64,000 nucleotides of DNA, taken from IMG/VR virus record IMGVR_UViG_3300038299_000184, positions 32,001 to 96,000 of that record. One strand, written 5' to 3'. Both the position numbers and the translations under genes were made by a program. Under the pieces are notes generated by a model. It was not told the origin of the DNA and searched no databases. It saw only the letters and a program-made list of their open reading frames with translations. The DNA is from a virus. This document shows, piece by piece, positions 38,914-47,931 of the stretch. Position 1 is the first letter of the stretch; the number at the start of each line of letters is the position of its first letter.

Positions 38914-39636
38914 ATGAACACAATTAAGTGGAATAAAAAGACGGTAGCAGTGAAAGCTGTATTTGAAGCAAATAAAGATGAACTCAGTGATCACGGTATT
39001 CCAAACCGTCCTAAGTTTGAGAAAATTTGTAAGGCACACAAGTGTCGTAATATGGCTGATATCGAACAATGGTACGAGAATCTTCTTATCAGCCGTGGCC
39101 ACGAACATGATGGTTATTACTACTACACCGCTAAGGCAATGAAGGAAGCTAAACTTGCGTCTAAAACGGTTGCTACACGAACTGTTGTTAAGCCCAACAA
39201 ACCACCAGTTTTCTGGAATGGTAAGCAATACAAAAACGTCAACACATTACAAAAAAGTAAGAATGGTGTTAACCGTGATACTTATATTAAGTATACAGCT
39301 CTTGGTATCAACACCACTAAAGGTGTGAAGGAACACCAACGTAAAGCTGCTGTCGCTCGACGCTCAAATCTCGTATGGAATGGTAAGACATATTCTGATA
39401 TTTATGTTGCCGCCAAGAAACTAGGTGTTTCACTAGCAACGGTTGAATACCGCAAGAGTAAGGGTTATACTAAAGACACTGACATGCTTCGTGCTTCGTG
39501 CTACGGTATCACTGTAGAATTTAAAGGTAAGCGTTATGGTACAATCTCTGATGCGGTTGTCCGTAATGCATCCAAGTTCTCGGCTTGTCACATTCGTAAG
39601 AACTCTAAGTTCATTAAGCACAACCGAAATGCTTAA
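38914..39636 (+). CDS. Basic protein with three NUMOD1/HTH-like DNA-binding repeats
   Basis: WNGKQY, WNGKTY.DI..AAKKLGVS..TV, FKGKRY.TISDA repeats. Confidence 0.55.
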   Translation: MNTIKWNKKTVAVKAVFEANKDELSDHGIPNRPKFEKICKAHKCRNMADIEQWYENLLISRGHEHDGYYYYTAKAMKEAKLASKTVATRTVVKPNKPPVFWNGKQYKNVNTLQKSKNGVNRDTYIKYTALGINTTKGVKEHQRKAAVARRSNLVWNGKTYSDIYVAAKKLGVSLATVEYRKSKGYTKDTDMLRASCYGITVEFKGKRYGTISDAVVRNASKFSACHIRKNSKFIKHNRNA

Positions 39637-39671
39637 TTTCTGGTAACGAAGATTGCTTCGCTACCAAATTC

Positions 39672-39702
39672 AAACACCACTCATTTTATGGGTGGTGTTT
39701 TT
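39672..39702 (+). terminator. Intrinsic terminator
   Basis: AAACACCACTCA-TTTTA-TGGGTGGTGTTTTT, preceded by a second hairpin at ~39642-39665. Confidence 0.7.
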
Positions 39703-39756
39703 AGGTATAACTAATAATCTACTTTACATAGGGTAGAAACTATATACAATACTAAC

Positions 39757-39976
39757 ATGGCTGAGACCTTCAAAGAGCAAAAACCTATAAGGTAGAAATG
39801 GTGTGTGACACCTGTAAAAAGGTAAAATGTTACCAACAGGTCACGTACTTCTCTCATCACCTGCCCAGTATGTCCATGAGTGTGATGAGTGTGCATACAC
39901 CACACAGTATCTAGAAACATACCCATACACAAAAACTATAGACGTAGAATTGAGCAACCCACTTTCCAATAAATAA
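39757..39976 (+). pseudogene. Zinc-ribbon protein gene broken by two single-base frameshifts
   Basis: Adding one A to each of two A5 runs (39779-39783, 39816-39820) restores MAETFKEQKTYKVEMVCDTCKKGKMLPTG..LLSSPAQYVHECDEC...YP. Confidence 0.65.
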
Positions 39977-39977
39977 T

Positions 39978-40538
39978 ATGACAATACCAACAGTAATCGA
40001 CGCAGACGGCAGAGGCTGGGACATCTATTCCCGACTTCTCAAAGACCGAATCATTGTGATCGGCACAAACTTCAACGATGCTATGGCATCAAGCATTATA
40101 GCACAACTGTTACTACTACAGGCAGAAGATCCCAAGAAGGATATCCACATTTATATAAACTCTGGTGGCGGCTCGGTCACTGCTGGTCTTGCAATCTTTG
40201 ACACCATTAATATGATGTCCTGTGATGTTAACACGTACTGTATGGGTATGTGTGCATCTATGGCAACCGTGATTCTTAGTGCGGGTACTAAGGGTAAGCG
40301 CAACATCCTTAAGAATGCCCATACCATGGTACACCAAGTGTCTGGTGGTGCCCAAGGTACCGCCGCAGATGTAGAACGCACTGTGGAGTTCATGTATAGC
40401 CTTAGAAAGCGTCTCAATGTAATCCTAGCCAATAGTACAGGTAATACCGTCAAGCAGATGGAGAAATATTGTGACCGTGATTACTATATGTCTGCTGAAG
40501 AATCCGTAGAGTTTGGTTTAGTCGATAACATCCTTTAA
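39978..40538 (+). CDS. clpP: ATP-dependent Clp protease proteolytic subunit ClpP
   Basis: DIYSRLLKDRII, YINS.GGSVTAGLAI.DT, CASM (Ser), MVHQ (His), DRDYYMSAEE..EFGLVD. Confidence 0.97.
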   Translation: MTIPTVIDADGRGWDIYSRLLKDRIIVIGTNFNDAMASSIIAQLLLLQAEDPKKDIHIYINSGGGSVTAGLAIFDTINMMSCDVNTYCMGMCASMATVILSAGTKGKRNILKNAHTMVHQVSGGAQGTAADVERTVEFMYSLRKRLNVILANSTGNTVKQMEKYCDRDYYMSAEESVEFGLVDNIL

Positions 40539-40650
40539 TTATGCCATATAAAAAACCACTAAAATTTGTATTGGTTCGTAAGCTTGTTAGACCGAAAGGT
40601 AACTTACAACCAGCGGTGTATGAATTTGTAATGGAGGTCGAAAGCTGATC

Positions 40651-40908
40651 ATGAAATTGGTGTTAGTCAGTTGGTTCCGATATGTATTTTTACAGACCAC
40701 TGACATAAAGATAGGTAGTGAGTATCACGAACTTGAAGCGTGGTTGAAGCGGAAGAGAAAGCTCATACCTCCATCAACATGGGTAATAAGGGAAGTGGTT
40801 ACAAACGATTGGGGAGTGACTTTTATAAAGGTCATGAGGGAAGACCGTTGTATATACACATTCAAACTAAAAACATTCAATTCAATATTTGTAAAGAAAA
40901 GTCGTTGA
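40651..40908 (+). CDS. Hypothetical protein
   Basis: 85-aa ORF. Confidence 0.45.
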   Translation: MKLVLVSWFRYVFLQTTDIKIGSEYHELEAWLKRKRKLIPPSTWVIREVVTNDWGVTFIKVMREDRCIYTFKLKTFNSIFVKKSR

Positions 40909-40938
40909 CACCACTGAATAAATCTGTATAGTCATCTC

Positions 40939-41439
40939 ATGCGACAAAACATTATAGACCAACTCAAACAAGGGGTGTCACCAGACCTAATTGCTGGTGA
41001 TATCTTTGAGGGTATTGGATTACTAAATACTATAGGCACGACCAAAGTACCTATGCCAGAGCCTGCCCAAGATATGTTTAAGGAAACTCAACTATACTAT
41101 GGGGATGCTGGTTACACAACCTTAAGGACTCGTGTGACACCTACACAGGAATTGGTTCATACCAAATTCAGGGGTGATAAAAATAAGTCAGTTACATCCA
41201 CAACTGGTCACGCAGACACCATTAGTGTCTTTATAGAATTTGACGGTGACACACCAGTATCCATTACACTCAACCCAAATGTTGGTGGTAAGGAATACAA
41301 AGTATCTAAATCTATTATGGGTCACGACACCCTACACATTGTCAGTAACAATACTGGCATTATAACCATTACCGAATGTATGGTCAAAGCCATGCACCAC
41401 CAAGACTTAAGCACAACACTTATTACACTCGATGTCTAA
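40939..41439 (+). CDS. Hypothetical protein
   Basis: TTGACA-N16-TATAGT-N6-ATG. Confidence 0.6.
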   Translation: MRQNIIDQLKQGVSPDLIAGDIFEGIGLLNTIGTTKVPMPEPAQDMFKETQLYYGDAGYTTLRTRVTPTQELVHTKFRGDKNKSVTSTTGHADTISVFIEFDGDTPVSITLNPNVGGKEYKVSKSIMGHDTLHIVSNNTGIITITECMVKAMHHQDLSTTLITLDV

Positions 41440-41497
41440 ATCACGACCAACACTATTTCTCGACTTCAACGGAGTCATCATGGATTTTAATGATTGA
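41432..41497 (+). pseudogene. Truncated remnant of a HAD phosphatase gene
   Basis: MSKSRPTLFLDFNGVIMDFND* reproduces HAD motif I (compare IIFLDFDGVI at 13718) and then stops. Confidence 0.5.
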
Positions 41498-41527
41498 CAA
41501 AATGTGTAGCACTAACAATTAAATAAT

Positions 41528-41815
41528 ATGTCAGATATAAATACAGATGGCTGGAAAGATGGTGACAAAGTTACCATCACTCGTGGCTGTTACGCTGGTC
41601 ACACCGCAACCATATTGAGTAAAGGTTGGAAAGGTTGGGATCACCGTGCATGGCGACTGGACATACACTACTGGGATAATATCGATGGTGATATACCCCA
41701 TTTTAACAAGTACACAAAGGTGCGTACAATTTTAGAAACTAACCACTTCACCGATGGGTGGATGGAAGAAGAACACAGATTACAACTTTATAAATTATGG
41801 AACAAACAACAATGA
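41528..41815 (+). CDS. Hypothetical protein with KOW-like motif
   Basis: GDKVTITRG.YAGHTATI. Confidence 0.55.
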   Translation: MSDINTDGWKDGDKVTITRGCYAGHTATILSKGWKGWDHRAWRLDIHYWDNIDGDIPHFNKYTKVRTILETNHFTDGWMEEEHRLQLYKLWNKQQ

Positions 41816-41973
41816 CATCAGTAGTATTATTCGCAGCAGCCGTATAACTAATCATGTGGTCGGTATTGTTAGAAACTCTCAACTTTAGGAGTGCCTTATT
41901 ATTCAAAGTGTTCCCTATTATTACAGGCGTGTTCTGTTTGATTAGTGGACTTCATATGATAGGACAACTTTAA
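41812..41973 (+). pseudogene. Small membrane-protein gene with in-frame TAA
   Basis: MTSVVLFAAAV*LIMWSVLL...FPIITGVFCLISGLHMIGQL*; stop at 41845-41847 falls inside a hydrophobic helix. Confidence 0.5.
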
Positions 41974-41988
41974 CGAAAAACAATTACA

Positions 41989-42402
41989 ATGGGATTAAAC
42001 GAAAAACGCGAACTAAGAATGTACTCACTGGTATTATACCAATTGTCGGGTATTCAAGCAGGTATTCAATCGGGCCACTCTAACGATGAATATGCGAACT
42101 GTTCAGAAGGTGATGAGTACGACAGATATATCGATTGGAGAGAAAATCACAAGACTGTTATGGTAATGAATGGGGGATCTAGTGATATCCTCGCACAAAC
42201 AGTTGAGGAGTTGAGAACCCTTGGTATTCAAGTGGTCGGATTTCTAGAGCCAGATCTCTATGGTCAATACACATCATTTTCTTTCCTATTGGATGAGCGA
42301 TACTTCAAAGAGTTGGACATGGAAGAGCGCGTTAAGCTGTCTGGTGAAGATCATGTTGTACGAAACATTGTGTCTAAGCTCAGATTCCATGGAGGTCGCT
42401 AA
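41989..42402 (+). CDS. Peptidyl-tRNA hydrolase 2 (PTH2)-like protein
   Basis: MY.LV..QLSGIQAGIQ.GH, W...HKT..V.NGG, F.EPDL....T. Confidence 0.65.
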   Translation: MGLNEKRELRMYSLVLYQLSGIQAGIQSGHSNDEYANCSEGDEYDRYIDWRENHKTVMVMNGGSSDILAQTVEELRTLGIQVVGFLEPDLYGQYTSFSFLLDERYFKELDMEERVKLSGEDHVVRNIVSKLRFHGGR

Positions 42403-42463
42403 TTAAAGAATATAATATAATTAACTTGACAGTTACCGCTAAAATCGTATAACCAATTTATCA

Positions 42464-43087
42464 ATGAGCCAATTCAAAACAGTAATCGAAACAATCGAAG
42501 AGATGGTACACTATCCTAGTTCGAAAATGGTATATCAGAAGGACAACAAGTTCACTGATATCAGCATCGCCAATATCGAGCGTATGAACGTGCTCCACAA
42601 GAATGATGAATATATCTTCGTACACCGTGGTGTCTCTGGATATGTTTTCAGTCTCATGGATATCGATGAGGTGCGCGGTAACGATAAAGCGGTACAGGAA
42701 GTTAAACCAGTACTCCACGTCCACCTACGCCCATCTGTGGGCGGTTTTAAGCAAGCTCACAACCTTCGTATCCGAGAGGATCACTCTGGTAACAACCTTG
42801 CTAAGGTTTGGTACATGAATTACATCAACCAGATCGAACCAATTGTTAGCGATAAGGATCACCTCGAAGGCGGTTATCGTTTGTGGAAATCTTTCATCGA
42901 TACTGCAAGCCGATCAGCCGAATACGAAATCAAAATGGTTGACACCAATGATGGTTCAGTTCTTATGGACTCTGTTACTAACGAAGTACCCGATGATCAG
43001 ATCTGGTCTGAACATACTAAGGAGAACAAAGACCAAAGTAAATCTAACATCGTTCTGGTGTTCGGTAAGAAAGGTTTCTCGGTATGA
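42464..43087 (+). CDS. Hypothetical protein, GNAT-like C-terminal half
   Basis: IREDHSGNNLAKVWY...IVSD..H.EGGYRLW resembles GNAT motifs A/B; MSQFKTVIETIEE N-terminus. Confidence 0.5.
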   Translation: MSQFKTVIETIEEMVHYPSSKMVYQKDNKFTDISIANIERMNVLHKNDEYIFVHRGVSGYVFSLMDIDEVRGNDKAVQEVKPVLHVHLRPSVGGFKQAHNLRIREDHSGNNLAKVWYMNYINQIEPIVSDKDHLEGGYRLWKSFIDTASRSAEYEIKMVDTNDGSVLMDSVTNEVPDDQIWSEHTKENKDQSKSNIVLVFGKKGFSV

Positions 43088-43485
43088 TTAGTAAATGGTG
43101 GATTGAGAGATGTTTTAAGAAGCGTCTGTGGAAAAAATATAAAAACGGTGAATGTACTGATGTGGCTGTGGTTGTAAGTGATACTGAAGATACCCCTACC
43201 ACATTTGAAACAAACACCATTAGAATCCAATTCAATATTGGCGCGGTAGAGTATAAAGTATCGTATACAAAAATTGTGTTTATGGGCATTATGGAAAATT
43301 ATAAAGTTGTGGTGAATAAACCCGATGGGTTTCATCATAGTATGGGATGTTCGGAATCTTACTTTAGAAAATTCCAAACAAACACCCCACAAAGGATTGC
43401 TGATAGAGCTGCTGAAAAGGAGCGTAAAGATACTAGAGTTATTAAGACTAAAGAAGATCTCATAGAGTTGGGTAAATTGCCTTAA
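43084..43485 (+). CDS. Hypothetical protein
   Basis: 133-aa ORF. Confidence 0.5.
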   Translation: MISKWWIERCFKKRLWKKYKNGECTDVAVVVSDTEDTPTTFETNTIRIQFNIGAVEYKVSYTKIVFMGIMENYKVVVNKPDGFHHSMGCSESYFRKFQTNTPQRIADRAAEKERKDTRVIKTKEDLIELGKLP

Positions 43486-43534
43486 CAACCAAATTAGTGG
43501 TTGACATTATTAACTCAAGTGGTAGAACTACTAC

Positions 43535-44710
43535 ATGACTGACATCAAACAACAGGCAATCGATATTGCTAAAATTTTAATTGACCACGGCTACACAGCA
43601 TACCTCGCTGGTGGCTGTGTCCGTGACTCCATCCTAGGTAAGGAACCAAAAGATTATGACATCGCCACAGAAGCCACACCAGACCAAATCCTCGAACTTT
43701 TCCCGAACGCTGACACCATTGGTGCTCACTTTGGTGTTATCATGGTCAAGGATCAAGGAGAGATGTTTGAGATTGCAACCTTTAGAACTGACGGTTCTTA
43801 TAGTGATAATCGCAGACCAGATTCGGTAGAATTTACAAATGCTGAAGAGGACTGCAAGCGCAGAGACTTTACTATCAATGGTATTTTCGAAGATCCTGTT
43901 ACAGGTGAATTGATCGACTACGTTGGTGGTGTACAGGATCTGAAGGACGGTATCCTTCGGTGTATCGGCAATCCTAGTGATCGTTTCCAAGAGGACGCAC
44001 TCAGAATGCTTAGGGCTGTTAGATTCGCAACTAAGTTAGATTTCCTTATCGAGTCTAGCACTATGGATGCACTGATCAAACACAAAGGACTCATCGAGAG
44101 TGTATCAGTGGAGCGCATCAATACTGAGCTGGTTAAGATTATCGATAACGATAACTGTTACAAGGGTGTGTGGCTACTTTCACACACTGGTATTCTAGAC
44201 GGGTTCTTGAAGATTGATTTACAGATTCGTAGATCCTTCATTAATATGCAAGAGCCTATCAGACTTGAAACTAAACTTGCTATCTTGTTTAATAGCCGTA
44301 AGAATGTTGATGAGGTTCTACAGTCACTAAAGTTCCCTAAGAATACAATCAACAAGGTTCTGAATATTCTTGAAGCACCAGATTTGATTTACAAGCTCCC
44401 ACATATGCCACTACACTGGAGAAAGCGTTTTTACGCATCCAAACACTCTTTAGCACAGATTGAATTTTATCAATGTGCTCATGAGAGTTTAGGTCTATCC
44501 AAAGCGGCTCTAATCTATACTGAAAGATTTCGTGAACGGCTCGACACACTCATTCTACCAAAACCTTTAGTGGATGGTAATGATCTACTTGCAAAGGGTT
44601 ATAAAGCGGGTAAGGAGTTCTCAGTAATTCTAACAAAACTTTACAACTTACAACTTGATGGTCTCCTTACAACTAAGGACGAAGCCATTGGCTGGTTGGA
44701 TGTATTATAG
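43535..44710 (+). CDS. cca: CCA-adding tRNA nucleotidyltransferase (class II)
   Basis: AGGCVRD..LG..PKDYDIAT, EIATFR.DG.Y.D.RRP, RRDFTIN, DYVGG..DL, RF.EDALRMLRAVRFA, VSVERI..EL. Confidence 0.95.
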   Translation: MTDIKQQAIDIAKILIDHGYTAYLAGGCVRDSILGKEPKDYDIATEATPDQILELFPNADTIGAHFGVIMVKDQGEMFEIATFRTDGSYSDNRRPDSVEFTNAEEDCKRRDFTINGIFEDPVTGELIDYVGGVQDLKDGILRCIGNPSDRFQEDALRMLRAVRFATKLDFLIESSTMDALIKHKGLIESVSVERINTELVKIIDNDNCYKGVWLLSHTGILDGFLKIDLQIRRSFINMQEPIRLETKLAILFNSRKNVDEVLQSLKFPKNTINKVLNILEAPDLIYKLPHMPLHWRKRFYASKHSLAQIEFYQCAHESLGLSKAALIYTERFRERLDTLILPKPLVDGNDLLAKGYKAGKEFSVILTKLYNLQLDGLLTTKDEAIGWLDVL

Positions 44711-44743
44711 TAAACACACATTTATATGATAATTAATAATACT

Positions 44744-45265
44744 ATGGAAAAGAAGGTAGAACCTACTAAGCCGTCATTAGAAGAGATCGAAGATTTCAAA
44801 AGGCGGTTGCTGATACCATGGGAGCATTGCATGAATGTTCGCCAGTCAGCCAAAAAACTTTGTCTCAGACTCATCGAGGAAGGTGAGTTTGAGCTATCCT
44901 TGAAACTGGCACAGAGGGCACAGAGTCACGACACCTCTAAGTTCTCTGGTATTGAATTTGAATACTTAACCAATAACGGTGCCGACAAGAATCAAATGAA
45001 GATGGCTGTACAGGAGCATCAAACCAATAATGACCACCACCCAGAGTATTTTACCGAAGGTATTAAAGCGATGAACTCCGAACAGATCGGTGAACTTTGC
45101 TGTGACTGGGCTAGTAGATCTAGTGAACAAGGTACCGACCTAAGAAAGTGGATTAAAGAAGAGGCTACTAAGAAGTATAATTTCACGTTGCAATCTAATG
45201 TGTATAAGAAGATTAAATATTTCGTAGACCTACTTCTCGACCCACCATTTAAAAAGTTGAACTAG
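44744..45265 (+). CDS. HD-fold protein (DUF5662-like)
   Basis: H...V, HDTSKFS..E, H...N.HHPE, E..CDW. Confidence 0.7.
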   Translation: MEKKVEPTKPSLEEIEDFKRRLLIPWEHCMNVRQSAKKLCLRLIEEGEFELSLKLAQRAQSHDTSKFSGIEFEYLTNNGADKNQMKMAVQEHQTNNDHHPEYFTEGIKAMNSEQIGELCCDWASRSSEQGTDLRKWIKEEATKKYNFTLQSNVYKKIKYFVDLLLDPPFKKLN

Positions 45266-45303
45266 GGTGTTGACATAAACTCTATTATATGTATAATAGC
45301 GAT

Positions 45304-45849
45304 ATGCAAACAACAAACGAAGCGACAGCTAGTGCAGCGGAAGGTATTGAGAACTCAGCAAATAGTGCAGGGGCTAAATGGGTAGCGGAAGCTAACCTAT
45401 TCCTCAATGATTACCTACAGAACAACCCATCACTATTCTGTGACGATCTCTGGGTTGCGGGTCTTGAACGACCTAGTTCACCACGGGCACTTGGTCACGT
45501 TATTCGCCATGCTGCCAAACTAAATTGGATCGAGGAGATTCGCCACGATAATGGTATCGTCGCCAAGCAATCCAATTCATCTAACCGACAGCTTAAGCGA
45601 GTGTGGAAGTCACTACTGTACACAGGTACTGAGGAAATTCCACCACTCCCAGAAGATGTACAGCCAGAGCTTGACCTCACCATCGTACCACAAGAAACAC
45701 CAGTGGTTGTAACACCACAATCAAATCAAAGCATTATTACATTGACGGTTCTCGGTATTGGTGCTACACTTTTATCACTGGTATCCCCAGTCGCTTGCAT
45801 CGTTGCTACGTCAGCAATCTTTGTAGCAATTCTCACCAAACTAAAATAG
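45304..45849 (+). CDS. Hypothetical protein with C-terminal membrane anchor
   Basis: TTGACA-N16-TATAAT-N6-ATG; hydrophobic C-terminus. Confidence 0.6.
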   Translation: MQTTNEATASAAEGIENSANSAGAKWVAEANLFLNDYLQNNPSLFCDDLWVAGLERPSSPRALGHVIRHAAKLNWIEEIRHDNGIVAKQSNSSNRQLKRVWKSLLYTGTEEIPPLPEDVQPELDLTIVPQETPVVVTPQSNQSIITLTVLGIGATLLSLVSPVACIVATSAIFVAILTKLK

Positions 45850-45850
45850 C

Positions 45851-46771
45851 ATGTATAAAAATATTTTTAAATCTGATAAACAACTTACCGTGGTGTCCTA
45901 TGACGCAATTTTCGGTGAGACCGTAACACCTCGTGAATTCATCCTACACCACGATGCTGATACTGATGTGTTAGCAATGGCTAAAGAATGGTTGGCAGTG
46001 CATACTGCTCAACACAGTACCCCTCGTATCCGATACACTGTTCCTCTACAAACTCTTACCGAGTTCGAGACTAAGTACACTACTAATAATATTCAGTTCT
46101 ATAATCAACTCGATTTGGATGAACTTGTAAAGGGAATCACACCAAAGGCTAAAGATACCCTTGGCAAAGCCACGCAATCGGTTAATGGTTTGTATGACAA
46201 GTTTAAACATATTTTTGATACAGCAAGTGAAAACACCCTCGTTAAAGATTTGAAGGATGCGTTAACTAAATCCAGTTGTCCTGTAGATGAAGATGTGCCA
46301 CCAGTAGATGAAGATGTGCCAGTAATCCATACATACATTCTGACAACACCACAGGGTGATAGGGAAATTAAAGCTACTGGTGTATTCGCTGACGAATTCG
46401 CAGAACAATTCACTGTTATTATTGGTGAGTGTGGTATCTCTGCCCTTGAAAGTGTCAAGGTGGTAGTAGAAGGTGGTATTAAAATCATTGCAACCACTGA
46501 AGAGGAATTTGCTGAACTAGCGGGTATTCACCACATCACACTAGTTGATGGTGATATTGATCATAATAATAAATACACAACCACCCTCGAAGCGCCAGAG
46601 TATTCTTATGACTTCGTTGTAGACTATACGCATGAAATGTTAGGAGATCGTAGACAACTAATTGCTACAAGTTTAGAGGTTGCTAAACAGCATCTTTTCA
46701 AACAAATAACACTTGGTTCCGTTGAATCAGTTAAGTTGGAGGGAACCACAGACCCACGAATCAAGGGATAA
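45851..46771 (+). CDS. Hypothetical protein
   Basis: 306 aa; internal PVDEDVP duplication. Confidence 0.6.
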   Translation: MYKNIFKSDKQLTVVSYDAIFGETVTPREFILHHDADTDVLAMAKEWLAVHTAQHSTPRIRYTVPLQTLTEFETKYTTNNIQFYNQLDLDELVKGITPKAKDTLGKATQSVNGLYDKFKHIFDTASENTLVKDLKDALTKSSCPVDEDVPPVDEDVPVIHTYILTTPQGDREIKATGVFADEFAEQFTVIIGECGISALESVKVVVEGGIKIIATTEEEFAELAGIHHITLVDGDIDHNNKYTTTLEAPEYSYDFVVDYTHEMLGDRRQLIATSLEVAKQHLFKQITLGSVESVKLEGTTDPRIKG

Positions 46772-46774
46772 TTT

Positions 46775-47023
46775 ATGAGCGATAAAACACCACCAGAAGA
46801 CGAACTCAATATCGTTGATCTGACATCTGAAAAGTCTGTTAGTGAAGTTAAAGTTGAGCCAATTAAAGTAGACAAAGACGTTTTGAACTTCTTAAAGGAG
46901 TTAGATGACGCATTCCCCGACAAAAATCTATTAGATACTGTCAAGGCATACAAGATGGTTAGAGACCAAGATACTATGCAGAGCATCCTGTCACAGATTG
47001 GTATAGGCCAACCACCTATGTAA
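46775..47023 (+). CDS. Hypothetical protein
   Basis: 82-aa ORF. Confidence 0.55.
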   Translation: MSDKTPPEDELNIVDLTSEKSVSEVKVEPIKVDKDVLNFLKELDDAFPDKNLLDTVKAYKMVRDQDTMQSILSQIGIGQPPM

Positions 47024-47042
47024 CAGGGAACCACCCTACTCA

Positions 47043-47074
47043 AGCACCAGTGAATTATCACGGGTGCTTTTTTT
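47043..47074 (+). terminator. Intrinsic terminator
   Basis: AGCACCAGTGA-ATTA-TCACGGGTGCTTTTTTT (one mismatch). Confidence 0.7.
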
Positions 47075-47132
47075 GTGGTTATTTTTATAATTATGTTATT
47101 GACATTATCACCATATCATCTAAAACCACTAC

Positions 47133-47876
47133 ATGAACATCACCAAGAGAACATTATGGATCACAATCGCGCTATTATTAGTTGCTGATGTCACATCAGT
47201 CGCATGGTTGGTAAGTCACACCCATTCTAAGGATGCTTTGATCATCGAGGCTATTCAGAGAAATAACCAAGCCATCCACGACCTTGAAACAAGGGAGTTG
47301 ATTATCGATCTACCCATTCTTTATCTAGATAATGACCCAGAGACCCCTGTACTTGTCACACCACCGCCAACACCTATTGAGTTAGTACAACCTTCTGTAG
47401 AGATTGAGGACACCACTGAGGAGGACACCACGATGTTTATCGAAGGTGTCAAACACTGGGAAGGTTTCAAATCGAAGGTATATGTTTGCTCTGGTGGTAA
47501 AACCACTATTGGTTATGGCTTCACAGGTTCAGAAGTCAAAGGGCGTATTAGTATCAGTCGTAGTGTGGCCACTAAACAATTGGTCGATGAAGTACTACCT
47601 AAACATGCTGCAAATGTTGACGAGCTTGTTACAGTACCTCTAACATATTACCAACGACTAGCACTTATCAGCTTCAGTTATAACCTAGGTCGCCAGAATC
47701 TAATCAGATTAGTGTCTGGGGAGAATCGTTTGAACAGTGGTAATTACGACAGTGTTGTACAAATTCTACCCCAATACCGTAAAGCTGGTGGTGTGGTCAG
47801 AAATGGGTTGGTATTGCGTAGGGCTTGGGAGGTTGATGTATTCCAAGGGAACTTCCACAACCAGTACGGTAATTAA
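47133..47876 (+). CDS. GH24 lysozyme with N-terminal TM anchor and Pro-rich linker
   Basis: HWEGFKSKVYVCSGGKTTIGYG (E-8-C-5-T), ALISFSYNLG, GLV.RRAWE; N-terminal LWITIALLLVA. Confidence 0.88.
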   Translation: MNITKRTLWITIALLLVADVTSVAWLVSHTHSKDALIIEAIQRNNQAIHDLETRELIIDLPILYLDNDPETPVLVTPPPTPIELVQPSVEIEDTTEEDTTMFIEGVKHWEGFKSKVYVCSGGKTTIGYGFTGSEVKGRISISRSVATKQLVDEVLPKHAANVDELVTVPLTYYQRLALISFSYNLGRQNLIRLVSGENRLNSGNYDSVVQILPQYRKAGGVVRNGLVLRRAWEVDVFQGNFHNQYGN

Positions 47877-47881
47877 GACAT

Positions 47882-47918
47882 AAAAAAAAACCCCTGTGAA
47901 TTTAATCACAGGGGTTTG
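47882..47918. terminator. Bidirectional intrinsic terminator
   Basis: A9-CCCCTGTGA-ATTTAA-TCACAGGGG-TTT between convergent genes. Confidence 0.8.
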
Positions 47919-47931
47919 TAAAATATTTAAT

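Noticed and set aside
30519-44710. Bacterial chromosome or prophage flank suggested by clpX, clpP and cca
   Set aside because: These genes are interspersed with phage-type small ORFs, share the phage promoter and heptamer signatures, and are not in bacterial operon context (no tig-clpP-clpX-lon order).
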